From: Haplodiscus bocki
Lineage: Eukaryota
Assembly (NCBI GenBank): GCA_965655095.1
Contig: OZ296652.1
Location: forward strand, 100,316,001 to 100,380,000
Reading direction: 5' to 3'
DNA: 64,000 nucleotides
Below are positions 34,081-47,130 of the stretch, piece by piece. How positions within the stretch are numbered: the first letter of the stretch is position 1; each line of letters starts with the position of its first letter. The position numbers were made by a program, and so were the translations under genes. The notes under the pieces are model-generated. The model had not been told where the DNA came from. It was given only the letters and a program-made list of their open reading frames with translations, and searched no databases.

Positions 34081-36926
34081 GAGTGACCAGATCGTGAAAG
34101 AAAGCTCGACTCAATGAGTTTGTACAACTTTACGAATTCCAACAAGGATTTCTGTTTTAAAAAACATTTTGAATATTTGCAAAAAAGTCTATATGAATGT
34201 ATAGCTTTAGTATCAATTAGGAGCTAGACAGATATATTGAAGGGAAGAAGAGCTCTTTCGACAGGCAAAACCACCTACCGCAAATGTCTTCCGAGAGAAA
34301 AAAAGTTCAAATCAACATTACATTATTGAAACAACAAAGCCGAAAAAACCCATATATAGTTTGACCAATTAAGGCGGAACCGACTTGGGCCCTTCCCGGT
34401 TTGTTGAATATCTGATTAATTTGTACTAACATTAAATGAGAAAAAAGATTTTCAGTTATCAAGAATCTAACGTAACGGAAACAAGATGAGATTGCGGCAA
34501 AATCCGACAATGAGTGAGAGAAATCGATATGAACAGAAAATTACAGCAAAAAGGTCACCAATATTGAAGCAAAGGAATGAAAGTAGACAGACAGTTCACT
34601 TCTGTTGTAAAAATTACTGTTCATGTAACTTTTGCAGGTTATCCTGATACTGGTTTCGCGGAGAAAAGATTTTGAATATCGACAAAAGTAAATACAAATA
34701 GCAGTTGTTTGCATTATGGGTTTTTTTAATGGAAGGAAATAACCCGCGATATCTTCATGGACTGACTCACGATTTGAAAAAAAAACGATGGAAACGTTGA
34801 TTGAGAAAATCCAGCCTGTAACTTTGGACGAGAAATTGACAATCAAGAAAAATCGTTACTAATAGCATTTTTTGGCACTATTAGCCCAATCCCTTTCTGC
34901 TGCAAGGCCGCAAATCTCAGATAATATTGTTCAATAAGCTAAAAGTAGGAAATCATCGATTCCGACCTTGATAGGGAAAATCCGGAAATGGGAAAAAAAG
35001 TCTGAATGTCGGGAAAGGTCCTATCAAAAAGCACTTTTAGGAATTTTCAAACTATCACTTCACTGTTCCAAGATATCATTTTGAAGGGAAAACAGCGAAA
35101 ATTGCGTAAATGCCTAAAATAGCAGTCTATGAATTGAAATTACGAAAGGGAATTGCTCTATACTTATGTTGCGTATATTTATAAATAGGGTCAGGATCTA
35201 TATTAACGCGACTAGACGTTATTAATACAACGTCAAAACTATTCATTGCAGACAAAAGTACCAAAAACATAATCTTAGATAATTTATAGGACTATAATGC
35301 TATTTATTTGAAAATTTCCAGAAAACGCAGCAAAAATTAGAAAATGCGTTCTCCGCCAGACTTTACATTTTTCAAGAGATTTTCCTAAATTTAAGAAATT
35401 AATTATGGAATTTTACTTTATCAATATATGCCTTTGATGTTTTCAGTGACAGCCGATATCATCTGGCGGCGGAAAAGTTTTCAAAAACTATTCCAAAACC
35501 CATCTTGAATCTACTAAAGTTGAAAATCAATGTATTAGAAAAGGATGTTAAAATTAGAATTTTACTTTTTGCAATTTGTTCTGAAAAGTCATTATTTTGG
35601 AAAAAGTGAGAAGGACAAAAACTTTGGGGAACAAGCAAAACCAACAGATCAACTATTTTGTTTCTGGCTATCTTGCGTCACTGTCAAGATTTCTTACGAA
35701 AACTGCCAAAATTAGTCAGTTTATGCAATGCTTGTATAATTTATTTGTTCATGCCTACTCTGATCTCCCAATATTGCCTTCTCCACTTACTGACCACAAC
35801 GTGAAAGCAAGCTCGACCCAATGAACTCTTCCAACTTTATGAATTCGGACCGAGGATTTCTCTTTTGAGAACATTTAGAGTATTTCCGAAAGAGGGCTAA
35901 ATTAAGCATATATCGGCTTATTTCAATTAGCAGTAAGAAAGCTGTTTTGAAGGGCAGAAGAGCTCTTTCGACAGGCAAAACCACAAACAGCAAATGACTT
36001 CCAGGAAAGAAAGTTCAAATCAACCTTACATTATTGAAACAACAAAGCCGAAAAAACCCATATATAGTTTGACCAGTTAAAGCGGAACCGACTTAGGCCC
36101 TTCCCGGTTTGTTGAATATCTGATTAGGTACAATATATACTCACTAACATTGAGAAAAAAAAAGATTTTCACTCATCAAGAACATAACATAACAGAAACA
36201 AGATTGCGGCAACACCCGAAAATGAATGAGAGAAATCGATATAAATAGAATATTACTGGAAAAGGGGCACCAATATTGAAGCAAATGAATGAGAGTAGAC
36301 AGTTCACTTCTGTTGTATAAATTTTTGTTCATGTAACTTCTGGAGGTAATCCTGACACCGGTTTCGGGGAAAAAAAGATTTTGAATATCGACAAAATCCA
36401 ATAGAAATAGCAGTTCTTGGCATAATGGGGTTTCCTAATGCAAGGAAGTAACCCGCGATATCTTCATGGAAAGACTCGCAAATTGATAAAAAAAACGATG
36501 GAAACGTTGATTCAGAAAATGAAGCCTATAATTTTGGAGAAATTGACAACCAAGAAAAACCTTCACTAATAGCATTTTTCTGGAATATTAGCCCAATTTC
36601 TTTCTGCTGCAATGCCGAAACCCTAAGAAATTATTGTTCAAAAATAACCTACAAGAAGGAAATTATCGATTCAGACCTTGATAGGGAAAATCCAGAAGCG
36701 GGAAAAAAGTCTGAATGTCGGGAAGGGTCCTACTGAAAGGGATTTTTAGGACTTTTCAACCTACCTATTCACTGTTCCAAGATATCATTTTGAAAGGAAA
36801 ACAGCGAAAATTGCGTAAATGCCTAAAATAGCAGAATATGAATTGAAATTACGAAAGGGAATTGCCCTATATATATGTTGCGTATAATTCTAACAATAGT
36901 CAGGATTTATATTAATGCGACTAGAC

Positions 36927-36993
<67 letters not shown>

Positions 36994-39299
36994 CGTGTAA
37001 ATAAAAATATAGTCAGGATTTATATTAATGCGACTAGACGTTATTAAAACAACGTCAAATTTATTCATTGCAGACAAAAGTAACAAAATGCATAATCTTA
37101 GAAAACTATTAGGACTATATTGGTATTTATTTGAAAACTTCCAACAAATGTAGCAAAAATTAGAAAAGGCGTTTTCGGCCATATTTTACATTTTTAGAGA
37201 TTCTCCTGACTTTAAATATCAATTATGGATTTTTATTTTATCAATAGATGCCTTTGATTTTTTCAGTATCAGCCGATGTCATCTGGCGGCGGCAAAGTTT
37301 TCAAAAACTCTTCAAAACCCATCTTGAATCTACTAAAATTGAAAATCAATGCTTTAGAATAGGATGTTACAATTAGAATTTTACTTTTTGCAACTTGTTC
37401 TGAAAAGTTAATATTTTGGAAAAAGTGAGAAGGACAAAAACTTTGGGTAACAAGCAAAACCAACAGATCATCTAATTTGTTTCTGGCTATCTTGCGTCAC
37501 TGTCAAGATTTCTTACGAAAACTGCCAAAATTAGTCAGTTTATGCAATGCTTGTATAATTCATTTGCTCATGCCTACCCTGATCTCCCATTATTGCCTTC
37601 TCCACTTAGTGACCACATCGTGAAAGACAGCTCGACCGAATGAACTTTTTTAATTTTATGAATTCGGACCAGGATTTCTGTTGAGAACAATTTGAGTATT
37701 TGCGGAAGAGGGCTAAATTATGCAAGTATCGCCTTATTTTCAATTAGCAGTAAGAAAGCTGTTTTGAAGGGCAGAAGAGCTCTTTCGACAGGCAAAACCA
37801 CAAACAGCAAATGACTTCCAGGAAAGAAAGTTCAACCTTACATTATTGAAACAACAAAGCCGAAAAAACCCACATATAGTTTGACCAATTAAGGCGGAAC
37901 CGACTTAGGCCCTTCCCGGTTTGTTGAATATCTGATTAGGTATAATTTATACTCACTAACATTGAGAAAAAAAAAGATTTTCAGTCATCAAGAACATAAC
38001 ATAACAGAAACAAGATTGCGGCAACGTCCGAAAATGAGTGATAGAAATCGATATAAATAGAATATTACTGGAAAAGGGGCACCAATATTGAAGCAAATGA
38101 ATGATAGTAGACAGTTCACTTCTGTTGTATAAATTTTTGTTCATGTAACTTCTGGAGGTAATCCTGATACTGGTTTCGCGGAAAAAAAAAGATTTTGAAT
38201 ATCGACAAAATCCAATACAAATAGCCGTTCTTGGCATAATGGGGTTTCCTAATGCTAGGAAATAACCCGCGATATCTTCATAGAGTGACTCGCAAAATGA
38301 TAAAAAAAACGATGAAAACGTTGATTCAGAAAATCAAGCCTGTAATTTTGGAGAAATTGACAACCAAGAAAAACCTTCACTAATAGCAGTTTTTTGGAAT
38401 ATTAGCCCAATCTCTTTCTGCTGCAATGCCGAAACCCTAAGAAATTATTGTTCAAAAATAACCTACAAGACGGAAATTATCGACTCAGACCTTGATAGGG
38501 AAAATCCAGAAGCGGGAAAAAAGTCTGAATGTCGGGAAGGGTCCTACTGAAAGGGATTTTTAGGAATTTTCAACCTACCTATTCACTGTTCCAAGATATC
38601 ATTTTGAAAGGAAAACAGCGAAAATTGCGTAAATGCCTAAAATAGCGGAATATGAATTGAAATTACGAAAGGGAATTGCTCTATATATATGTTGCGTATA
38701 ATTCTAACAATAGTCAGGATTTATATTAATGCGACTAGACGTTATTAATACAAAAGCAAATTTACTCAATGCAGACAAAAGTAACAAAAAGCAAAATTTT
38801 ACAAATTTTATAGGACTATGATGGTATTTATTTGAAAACTTCCAACAAATGTAGCAAAAATTAGAAAAGTCGTTTTCGGCCATATTTTACATTTTTAGAG
38901 ATTCTCCTGACTTTAGATATTAATTATGGATTTTTATTTTATCAATAGATGCCTTTGATGTTTTCAGAGACAGCCGATGTCATCTGGCGGCGGAAAAGTT
39001 TTCAAAAACTCTTCAAAACCCATCTTGAATCTACTAAAGTTGAAAATCAAGGTATTAAAACAGGATGTTAAAATTATGATTTTTCTTTTTGCAACTTGTT
39101 CATTATTTTGGAGGAAGTGTTGAAGATAAAAAGTTCGGGGAACAAGCAAAACGAACAGATCATCTAATTCGTTTCTTGATATCTTGCGTCGCTGTCAAGA
39201 TTTCTAACGAAAACTGTCAAAATTAGTCAAGTTACGCCATGCTTGTATAATTTATATGCTCATGCCTACTCTGATCTCCTATTATTGACTCCTTCACTT
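34081..39299 (+). repeat. Three diverged tandem ~1.7-1.8 kb monomers (approx. 34081-35788, 35789-37607, 37608-39299)
   Basis: Shared anchors such as gagctctttcgacaggcaaaacca (~34250, 35960, 37778) and catctggcggcgg (~35460, 37280, 38981). The first copy is the most diverged. Confidence 0.9.
36931..36989. repeat. (TA)n microsatellite, ~29 units
   Basis: Read directly from the sequence. Confidence 0.95.
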
Positions 39300-39818
39300 G
39301 GGATTTAGTAAAGCGTATTAAAAATGCTTAGTCGCATTAATTTAAATCATGACTGTATGTCTGTGACACAGCAGTAGCAGCCATCCTACTTACAGCTGGC
39401 GACATACAACTTAAGCAAATTTGTAACTATGCCGAGAAGTTTCAAGCAACAACTAGTGTTGCAGAAGTGTCCGATTCCGTTATGTCCTGTCTCGAAAAAG
39501 ACGGTCAGTGTCGTACCAATAATTTCTTCCACCTTCGGTATTAAGAACGTGAAAACTTATTCAACAACAAACTTTAACTGAAATAATTTTTAAGGAACAG
39601 GGAAAAATTCAAGCCGACGTAAAAATATATTAAAATAGATCTATAATTTTTCCAGATATAACTTTTATAAAGATCAGGATAAAAGAAAATGCGGTTTCTG
39701 CCTAATATTAGTGGAAAAAAATATATCAAAATAGAATATCAGGGTAATGGAAAAAAATTCGATGAGCTATGAGCAATAAAGCACACTTCCAAAAAGGAGG
39801 GTGAGAATGAAAATTTTT

Positions 39819-40403
39819 TTAATAAAACCAGTAAAAAGTAAGCACCGACAGAGCACCAACGTACAAGGCAAAAACAAAATAGCATAGAATCCTGGGAACT
39901 AAATTTGGTGAAAAGGAAATAGGTTTATTAAAATTGCTGTCAACTATTAAAAACTCAAAGGAACCTGTTTGCCCAAATTTTGCAATTGTTGATTGACATT
40001 GGAGGCATAGATAATACGGCGAGAAGGAATTTAAGGCTTTGTACAGCGTAAACAAGAGAGAAGCGAATATTACGATATTTACAAATAGGCTTTTGACGAA
40101 GTCTGAGAACAAATTGTAGAAATACCGTACGGAGAAACTGCCGAAATCATGAAAACTAGTCAAGGAATGATAACAATACAGACAAGAAAAGATCCAAAGA
40201 AGGAAAAAGAGAAGACATAAAGCAAGCGTCACGGTCCTTCTTCTTCGTTTATAATAAATGTAGGTTTGAACCAAAGAATTGCAATAAGGGCAAACTAAGG
40301 TGTAAGAAGCAGCCCGAAGAGAAGTAAAAACTCTAACAACATTTCTCATGACATCCAATTCACCCGGATTATGGTCATCCATATCTAATTCTGAAAATTT
40401 CAT
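39819..40403 (-). CDS. LITAF-like zinc-knuckle membrane protein, 194 aa, copy 1
   Basis: Intact ATG-to-stop ORF. LVCPYCNSLVQTYIYY and YYLCLQCQSTIAKF match the two LITAF CxxC knuckles and flank hydrophobic segments. There is an extra C-terminal hydrophobic helix. Confidence 0.7.
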   Translation of the reverse strand: MKFSELDMDDHNPGELDVMRNVVRVFTSLRAASYTLVCPYCNSLVQTYIYYKRRRRTVTLALCLLFFLLWIFSCLYCYHSLTSFHDFGSFSVRYFYNLFSDFVKSLFVNIVIFASLLFTLYKALNSFSPYYLCLQCQSTIAKFGQTGSFEFLIVDSNFNKPISFSPNLVPRILCYFVFALYVGALSVLTFYWFY

Positions 40404-40951
40404 ACTTTCCTCAATCTGCTTTCAAATTATTCTACTCAAAATTATTCGTGCCCTGAAAAAGATGTTTGTTTGATACCCTCTCATTTCATGTAGTCTGACG
40501 ATGATTCTTTATACTGATAAGGCTTTTTATCTGAAAAGATGAGTTCTTTGAACGTGCTGAAGAAGGAAAACTCACTGCAAAGAATTATTTTTTCGCTTGC
40601 AACGAAATTAACTATATATTTTCAATCATGAGTAAAAAGGTATTAAAAACGCAAGTTCAGTTGTACCAGAAATGTATCCGCACATTTCTTATACTTCATC
40701 AGGTATGGTGCCAGGTAAAACGGAGAGTTGCGTTCTTTAATCGAAACCGACGGACATTGGAAAAGAAAAATACCTGATCTAATGTTACAAAGCTGCTACT
40801 TGTGATTACCATGATGCACAGAGTTACAAAGAATCGGGTATGAAAACATAGCCTGAGAGATTATAGCAGCAATAATCACATTATTCAAAATCAACACTTC
40901 AATAACTCCTCCGATAAAGGACTCTGCTAGATCTGTAGCTTTTCCGGGCTT

Positions 40952-42377
40952 TTTGTTGTCGTTGTTGGGAATTCGCAGCTTTAGCTGCAGGGCTCAGTGC
41001 CCCAGTCGTCATTTTAAAATAATGTCCTTTTTGCGGCACGTGGGGCAGTCGCAGGAGAGCTGCCAAGTGCACACGTTCGATTCCGAGTATTTTTCATCAA
41101 CAAGCTTCCACAATAATTTTAGAAGTCTGTTCTTCAGTCTTTGCGTGTTCATGAAGTCGATATAGTCGTCCAATCGATTGACGAGTCTGCAATTTCTGAA
41201 GATGAAATTGCTTCATCCTTTCTCTGTTCGTGTCTTCCGAAGTTTGAAGGTTTCACTTCTTCCTCTTATTTCGGGTCTCTCGGGTAGGCTGAAGCTGGTT
41301 CCCGTTTCTTCGTTTGTGATTTTCGATAAGAGCAGCACATCGTTCAACTGTAGAAACATTGGTAGCGGCAGGATGTTCAGGATTTTCAGTTGGCTTCGAT
41401 AACTCATTGTCTTATTCCCGGTTATCCATCCCACTACCTTCTTCTGGAAATTTTCTAGTAGGTGGAGATCTGCTCTTGATGCAAAGACACAAGCGAAACC
41501 GTACAACAGTACTGGCAAGATGAGAGACTTGTGCAGTCCTAGTTTTACAAGTGTCTGTACTTTCACTGCAACGTTTCTGCGGAGAAGGTATAGCCTTTTA
41601 TTGGCTTTCCTCAATCCCTCTTCGATGTGTATTTTCCAGGTTAGATTATCCGAGACATGGATGCCGAGATCTTCACAGTCTTTGAGTGATCTAGTTTTTG
41701 ATCCAAGATCTAGTTGAAACTTCGGTCACTGCCTCTAAAGGTGATTTTCGTACACTTGTCCATGGCAAGTTCCAATCTGTCCTTTTTCACCCATTCTTCA
41801 ACCCTATTCAGATCACCCTGTTTTTCCCAGTAAGATTTCTTAATTGAGAGTACTTTCAAGTCATCCGCAAAGATGAATGGTTCAGAAAAGGTTAGAACTT
41901 CCCGTAGATCGTTTATAAATATGCAGAACGGCAAAGGGCGCAAGAACCTTGGGGTACTCCACTAGTAGCACCTAGAGTTCTGGAGCTACAGTTGTCGATT
42001 CTCACAAATTGCTTGCGATTTTCAAGTTAGTTGATCAGGATTTCAAGTAGACCCCGCCTACCCCGATTTGGGCGACCTTTTGGATGAGTTCGTAATCAGG
42101 CACCTTATAGAAGGCTTTAGAGAAGTCAGTGTAGAAGGCCACAATTTCGGAGTTTGGGTCGCTGTCCAGCGCTTCATGTATCTTTTTGAGAAAGGACAAC
42201 ATGTTCGAAAGAACGGATCTGTGCTTCACAAACCCGTGTTGATGATTGGTAAGTTAGAAGGTGAAGTGGTTGCAGAGAGCTTTATAAATGCATTTTTCAA
42301 ATATTTTGCTTTCGATGTTCACTAGAGAGACTGGTAGGTAGCTACTGACTAATTCGTCTATCCCCTTTTTTGTGAAA
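40952..42377 (-). mobile_element. Truncated, frameshifted CR1/L2-group LINE (RT to 3' end), copy 1
   Basis: HKKGD..YLPVSL, QHGF, YTDFSKAF, GVPQG and FINDL...FADDLK motifs, then ANKRLYLLRR and a C-terminal CTWQLSCDCPTCR, followed by a short CAA-rich tail. Several frameshifts. Confidence 0.9.
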
Positions 42378-44571
42378 AGACAGCTCGACCGAATGAACTT
42401 TTCCAATTTTATGAACTCGGACCAGGATTTCTGTTGAGAACAATTTGAGTATTTGCGGAAGAGGGCTAAATTATGCAAGTATCGCCTTATTTTCAATTAG
42501 CAGTAAGAAAGCTGTTTTGAAGGGCAGAAGAGCTCTTTCGACAGGCAAAACCACAAACAGCAAATGACTTCCAGGAAAGAAAGTTCAACCTTACATTATT
42601 GAAACAACAAAGCCGAAAAAACCCACATATAGTTTGACCAATTAAGGCGGAACCGACTTAGGCCCTTCCCGGTTTGTTGAATATCTGATTAGGTATAATT
42701 TATACTCACTAACATTGAGAAAAAAAAAGATTTTCAGTCATCAAGAACATAACATAACAGAAACAAGATTGCGGCAACATCCGAAAATGAGTGATAGAAA
42801 TCGATATAAATAGAATATTACTGGAAAAGGGGCACCAATATTGAAGCAAATGAATGATAGTAGACAGTTCACTTCTGTTGTATAAATTTTTGTTCATGTA
42901 ACTTCTGGAGGTAATCCTGATACTGGTTTCGCGGAAAAAAAAGATTTTGAATATCGACAAAATCCAATACAAATAGCCGTTCTTGGCATAATGGGGTTTC
43001 CTAATGCTAGGAAATAACCCGCGATATCTTCACAGAGTGACTCGCAAAATGATAAAAAAAAACGATGGAAACGTTGATTCAGAAAATCAAGCCTGTAATT
43101 TTGCAGAAATTGACAACCAAGAAAAACCTTCACTAATAGCATTTTTTTGGAATATTAGCCCAATCTCTTTCTGCTGCAATGCCGAAACCCTAAGAAATTA
43201 TTGTTCAAAAATAACCTACAAGACGGAAATTATCGACTCAGACCTTGATAGGGAAAATCCAGAAGCGGGAAAAAAGTCTGAATGTCGGGAAGGGTCCTAC
43301 TGAAAGGGATTTTTAGGAATTTTCAACCTACCTATTCACTGTTCCAAGATATCATTTTGAAAGGAAAACAGCGAAAATTGCGTAAATGCCTAAAATAGCG
43401 GAATATGAATTGAAATTACGAAAGGGAATTGCTCTATATATATGTTGCGTATAATTCTAACAATAGTCAGGATTTATATTAATGCGACTAGACGTTATTA
43501 ATACAAAAGCAAATTTACTCAATGCAGACAAAAGTAACAAAAAGCAAAATTTTACAAATTTTATAGGACTATGATGGTATTTATTTGAAAACTTCCAACA
43601 AATGTAGCAAAAATTAGAAAAGTCGTTTTCGGCCATATTTTACATTTTTAGAGATTCTCCTGACTTTAGATATTAATTATGGATTTTTATTTTATCAATA
43701 GATGCCTTTGATGTTTTCAGAGACAGCCGATGTCATCTGGCGGCGGAAAAGTTTTCAAAAACTCTTCAAAACCCATCTTGAATCTACTAAAGTTGAAAAT
43801 CAAGGTATTAAAACAGGATGTTAAAATTATGATTTTTCTTTTTGCAACTTGTTCATTATTTTGGAGGAAGTGTTGAAGATAAAAAGTTCGGGGAACAAGC
43901 AAAACGAACAGATCATCTAATTCGTTTCTTGATATCTTGCGTCGCTGTCAAGATTTCTAACGAAAACTGTCAAAATTAGTCAAGTTACGCCATGCTTGTA
44001 TAATTTATATGCTCATGCCTACTCTGATCTCCTATTATTGACTCCTTCACTTGGGATTTAGTAAAGCGTATTAAAAATGCTTAGTCGCATTAATTTAAAT
44101 CATGACTGTATGTCTGTGACACAGCAGTAGCAGCCATCCTACTTACAGCTGGCGACATACAACTTAAGCAAATTTGTAACTATGCCGAGAAGTTTCAAGC
44201 AACAACTAGTGTTGCAGAAGTGTCCGATTCCGTTATGTCCTGTCTCGAAAAAGACGGTCAGTGTCGTACCAATAATTTCTTCCACCTTCGGTATTAAGAA
44301 CGTGAAAACTTATTCAACAACAAACTTTAACTGAAATAATTTTTAAGGAACAGGGAAAAATTCAAGCCGACGTAAAAATATATTAAAATAGATCTATAAT
44401 TTTTCCAGATATAACTTTTATAAAGATCAGGATAAAAGAAAATGCGGTTTCTGCCTAATATTAGTGGAAAAAAATATATCAAAATAGAATATCAGGGTAA
44501 TGGAAAAAAATTCGATGAGCTATGAGCAATAAAGCACACTTCCAAAAAGGAGGGTGAGAATGAAAATTTTT

Positions 44572-45156
44572 TTAATAAAACCAGTAAAAAGTAAGCACCG
44601 ACAGAGCACCAACGTACAAGGCAAAAACAAAATAGCATAGAATCCTGGGAACTAAATTTGGTGAAAAGGAAATAGGTTTATTAAAATTGCTGTCAACTAT
44701 TAAAAACTCAAAGGAACCTGTTTGCCCAAATTTTGCAATTGTTGATTGACATTGGAGGCATAGATAATACGGCGAGAAGGAATTTAAGGCTTTGTACAGC
44801 GTAAACAAGAGAGAAGCGAATATTACGATATTTACAAATAGGCTTTTGACGAAGTCTGAGAACAAATTGTAGAAATACCGTACGGAGAAACTGCCGAAAT
44901 CATGAAAACTAGTCAAGGAATGATAACAATACAGACAAGAAAAGATCCAAAGAAGGAAAAAGAGAAGACATAAAGCAAGCGTCACGGTCCTTCTTCTTCG
45001 TTTATAATAAATGTAGGTTTGAACCAAAGAATTGCAATAAGGGCAAACTAAGGTGTAAGAAGCAGCCCGAAGAGAAGTAAAAACTCTAACAACATTTCTC
45101 ATGACATCCAATTCACCCGGATTATGGTCATCCATATCTAATTCTGAAAATTTCAT
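44572..45156 (-). CDS. LITAF-like protein, copy 2
   Basis: Protein identical to copy 1 in the ORF track. Confidence 0.7.
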   Translation of the reverse strand: MKFSELDMDDHNPGELDVMRNVVRVFTSLRAASYTLVCPYCNSLVQTYIYYKRRRRTVTLALCLLFFLLWIFSCLYCYHSLTSFHDFGSFSVRYFYNLFSDFVKSLFVNIVIFASLLFTLYKALNSFSPYYLCLQCQSTIAKFGQTGSFEFLIVDSNFNKPISFSPNLVPRILCYFVFALYVGALSVLTFYWFY

Positions 45157-45704
45157 ACTTTCCTCAATCTGCTTTCAAATTATTCTACTCAAAATTATTC
45201 GTGCCCTGAAAAAGATGTTTGTTTGATACCCTCTCATTTCATGTAGTCTGACGATGATTCTTTATACTGATAAGGCTTTTTATCTGAAAAGATGAGTTCT
45301 TTGAACGTGCTGAAGAAGGAAAACTCACTGCAAAGAATTATTTTTTCGCTTGCAACGAAATTAACTATATATTTTCAATCATGAGTAAAAAGGTATTAAA
45401 AACGCAAGTTCAGTTGTACCAGAAATGTATCCGCACATTTCTTATACTTCATCAGGTATGGTGCCAGGTAAAACGGAGAGTTGCGTTCTTTAATCGAAAC
45501 CGACGGACATTGGAAAAGAAAAATACCTGATCTAATGTTACAAAGCTGCTACTTGTGATTACCATGATGCACAGAGTTACAAAGAATCGGGTATGAAAAC
45601 ATAGCCTGAGAGATTATAGCAGCAATAATCACATTATTCAAAATCAACACTTCAATAACTCCTCCGATAAAGGACTCTGCTAGATCTGTAGCTTTTCCGG
45701 GCTT

Positions 45705-47130
45705 TTTGTTGTCGTTGTTGGGAATTCGCAGCTTTAGCTGCAGGGCTCAGTGCCCCAGTCGTCATTTTAAAATAATGTCCTTTTTGCGGCACGTGGGGCA
45801 GTCGCAGGAGAGCTGCCAAGTGCACACGTTCGATTCCGAGTATTTTTCATCAACAAGCTTCCACAATAATTTTAGAAGTCTGTTCTTCAGTCTTTGCGTG
45901 TTCATGAAGTCGATATAGTCGTCCAATCGATTGACGAGTCTGCAATTTCTGAAGATGAAATTGCTTCATCCTTTCTCTGTTCGTGTCTTCCGAAGTTTGA
46001 AGGTTTCACTTCTTCCTCTTATTTCGGGTCTCTCGGGTAGGCTGAAGCTGGTTCCCGTTTCTTCGTTTGTGATTTTCGATAAGAGCAGCACATCGTTCAA
46101 CTGTAGAAACATTGGTAGCGGCAGGATGTTCAGGATTTTCAGTTGGCTTCGATAACTCATTGTCTTATTCCCGGTTATCCATCCCACTACCTTCTTCTGG
46201 AAATTTTCTAGTAGGTGGAGATCTGCTCTTGATGCAAAGACACAAGCGAAACCGTACAACAGTACTGGCAAGATGAGAGACTTGTGCAGTCCTAGTTTTA
46301 CAAGTGTCTGTACTTTCACTGCAACGTTTCTGCGGAGAAGGTATAGCCTTTTATTGGCTTTCCTCAATCCCTCTTCGATGTGTATTTTCCAGGTTAGATT
46401 ATCCGAGACATGGATGCCGAGATCTTCACAGTCTTTGAGTGATCTAGTTTTTGATCCAAGATCTAGTTGAAACTTCGGTCACTGCCTCTAAAGGTGATTT
46501 TCGTACACTTGTCCATGGCAAGTTCCAATCTGTCCTTTTTCACCCATTCTTCAACCCTATTCAGATCACCCTGTTTTTCCCAGTAAGATTTCTTAATTGA
46601 GAGTACTTTCAAGTCATCCGCAAAGATGAATGGTTCAGAAAAGGTTAGAACTTCCCGTAGATCGTTTATAAATATGCAGAACGGCAAAGGGCGCAAGAAC
46701 CTTGGGGTACTCCACTAGTAGCACCTAGAGTTCTGGAGCTACAGTTGTCGATTCTCACAAATTGCTTGCGATTTTCAAGTTAGTTGATCAGGATTTCAAG
46801 TAGACCCCGCCTACCCCGATTTGGGCGACCTTTTGGATGAGTTCGTAATCAGGCACCTTATAGAAGGCTTTAGAGAAGTCAGTGTAGAAGGCCACAATTT
46901 CGGAGTTTGGGTCGCTGTCCAGCGCTTCATGTATCTTTTTGAGAAAGGACAACATGTTCGAAAGAACGGATCTGTGCTTCACAAACCCGTGTTGATGATT
47001 GGTAAGTTAGAAGGTGAAGTGGTTGCAGAGAGCTTTATAAATGCATTTTTCAAATATTTTGCTTTCAATGTTCACTAGAGAGACTGGTAGGTAGCTACTG
47101 ACTAATTCGTCTATCCCCTTTTTTGTGAAA
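45705..47130 (-). mobile_element. Truncated CR1/L2-group LINE, copy 2
   Basis: Repeat of 40952-42377. Confidence 0.9.

Noticed and set aside
34307-39149. Repeated short ORFs in the monomers (61-144 aa)
   Set aside because: Their lengths change between copies with homopolymer indels, they are low-complexity and Phe-rich, and they have no motifs.
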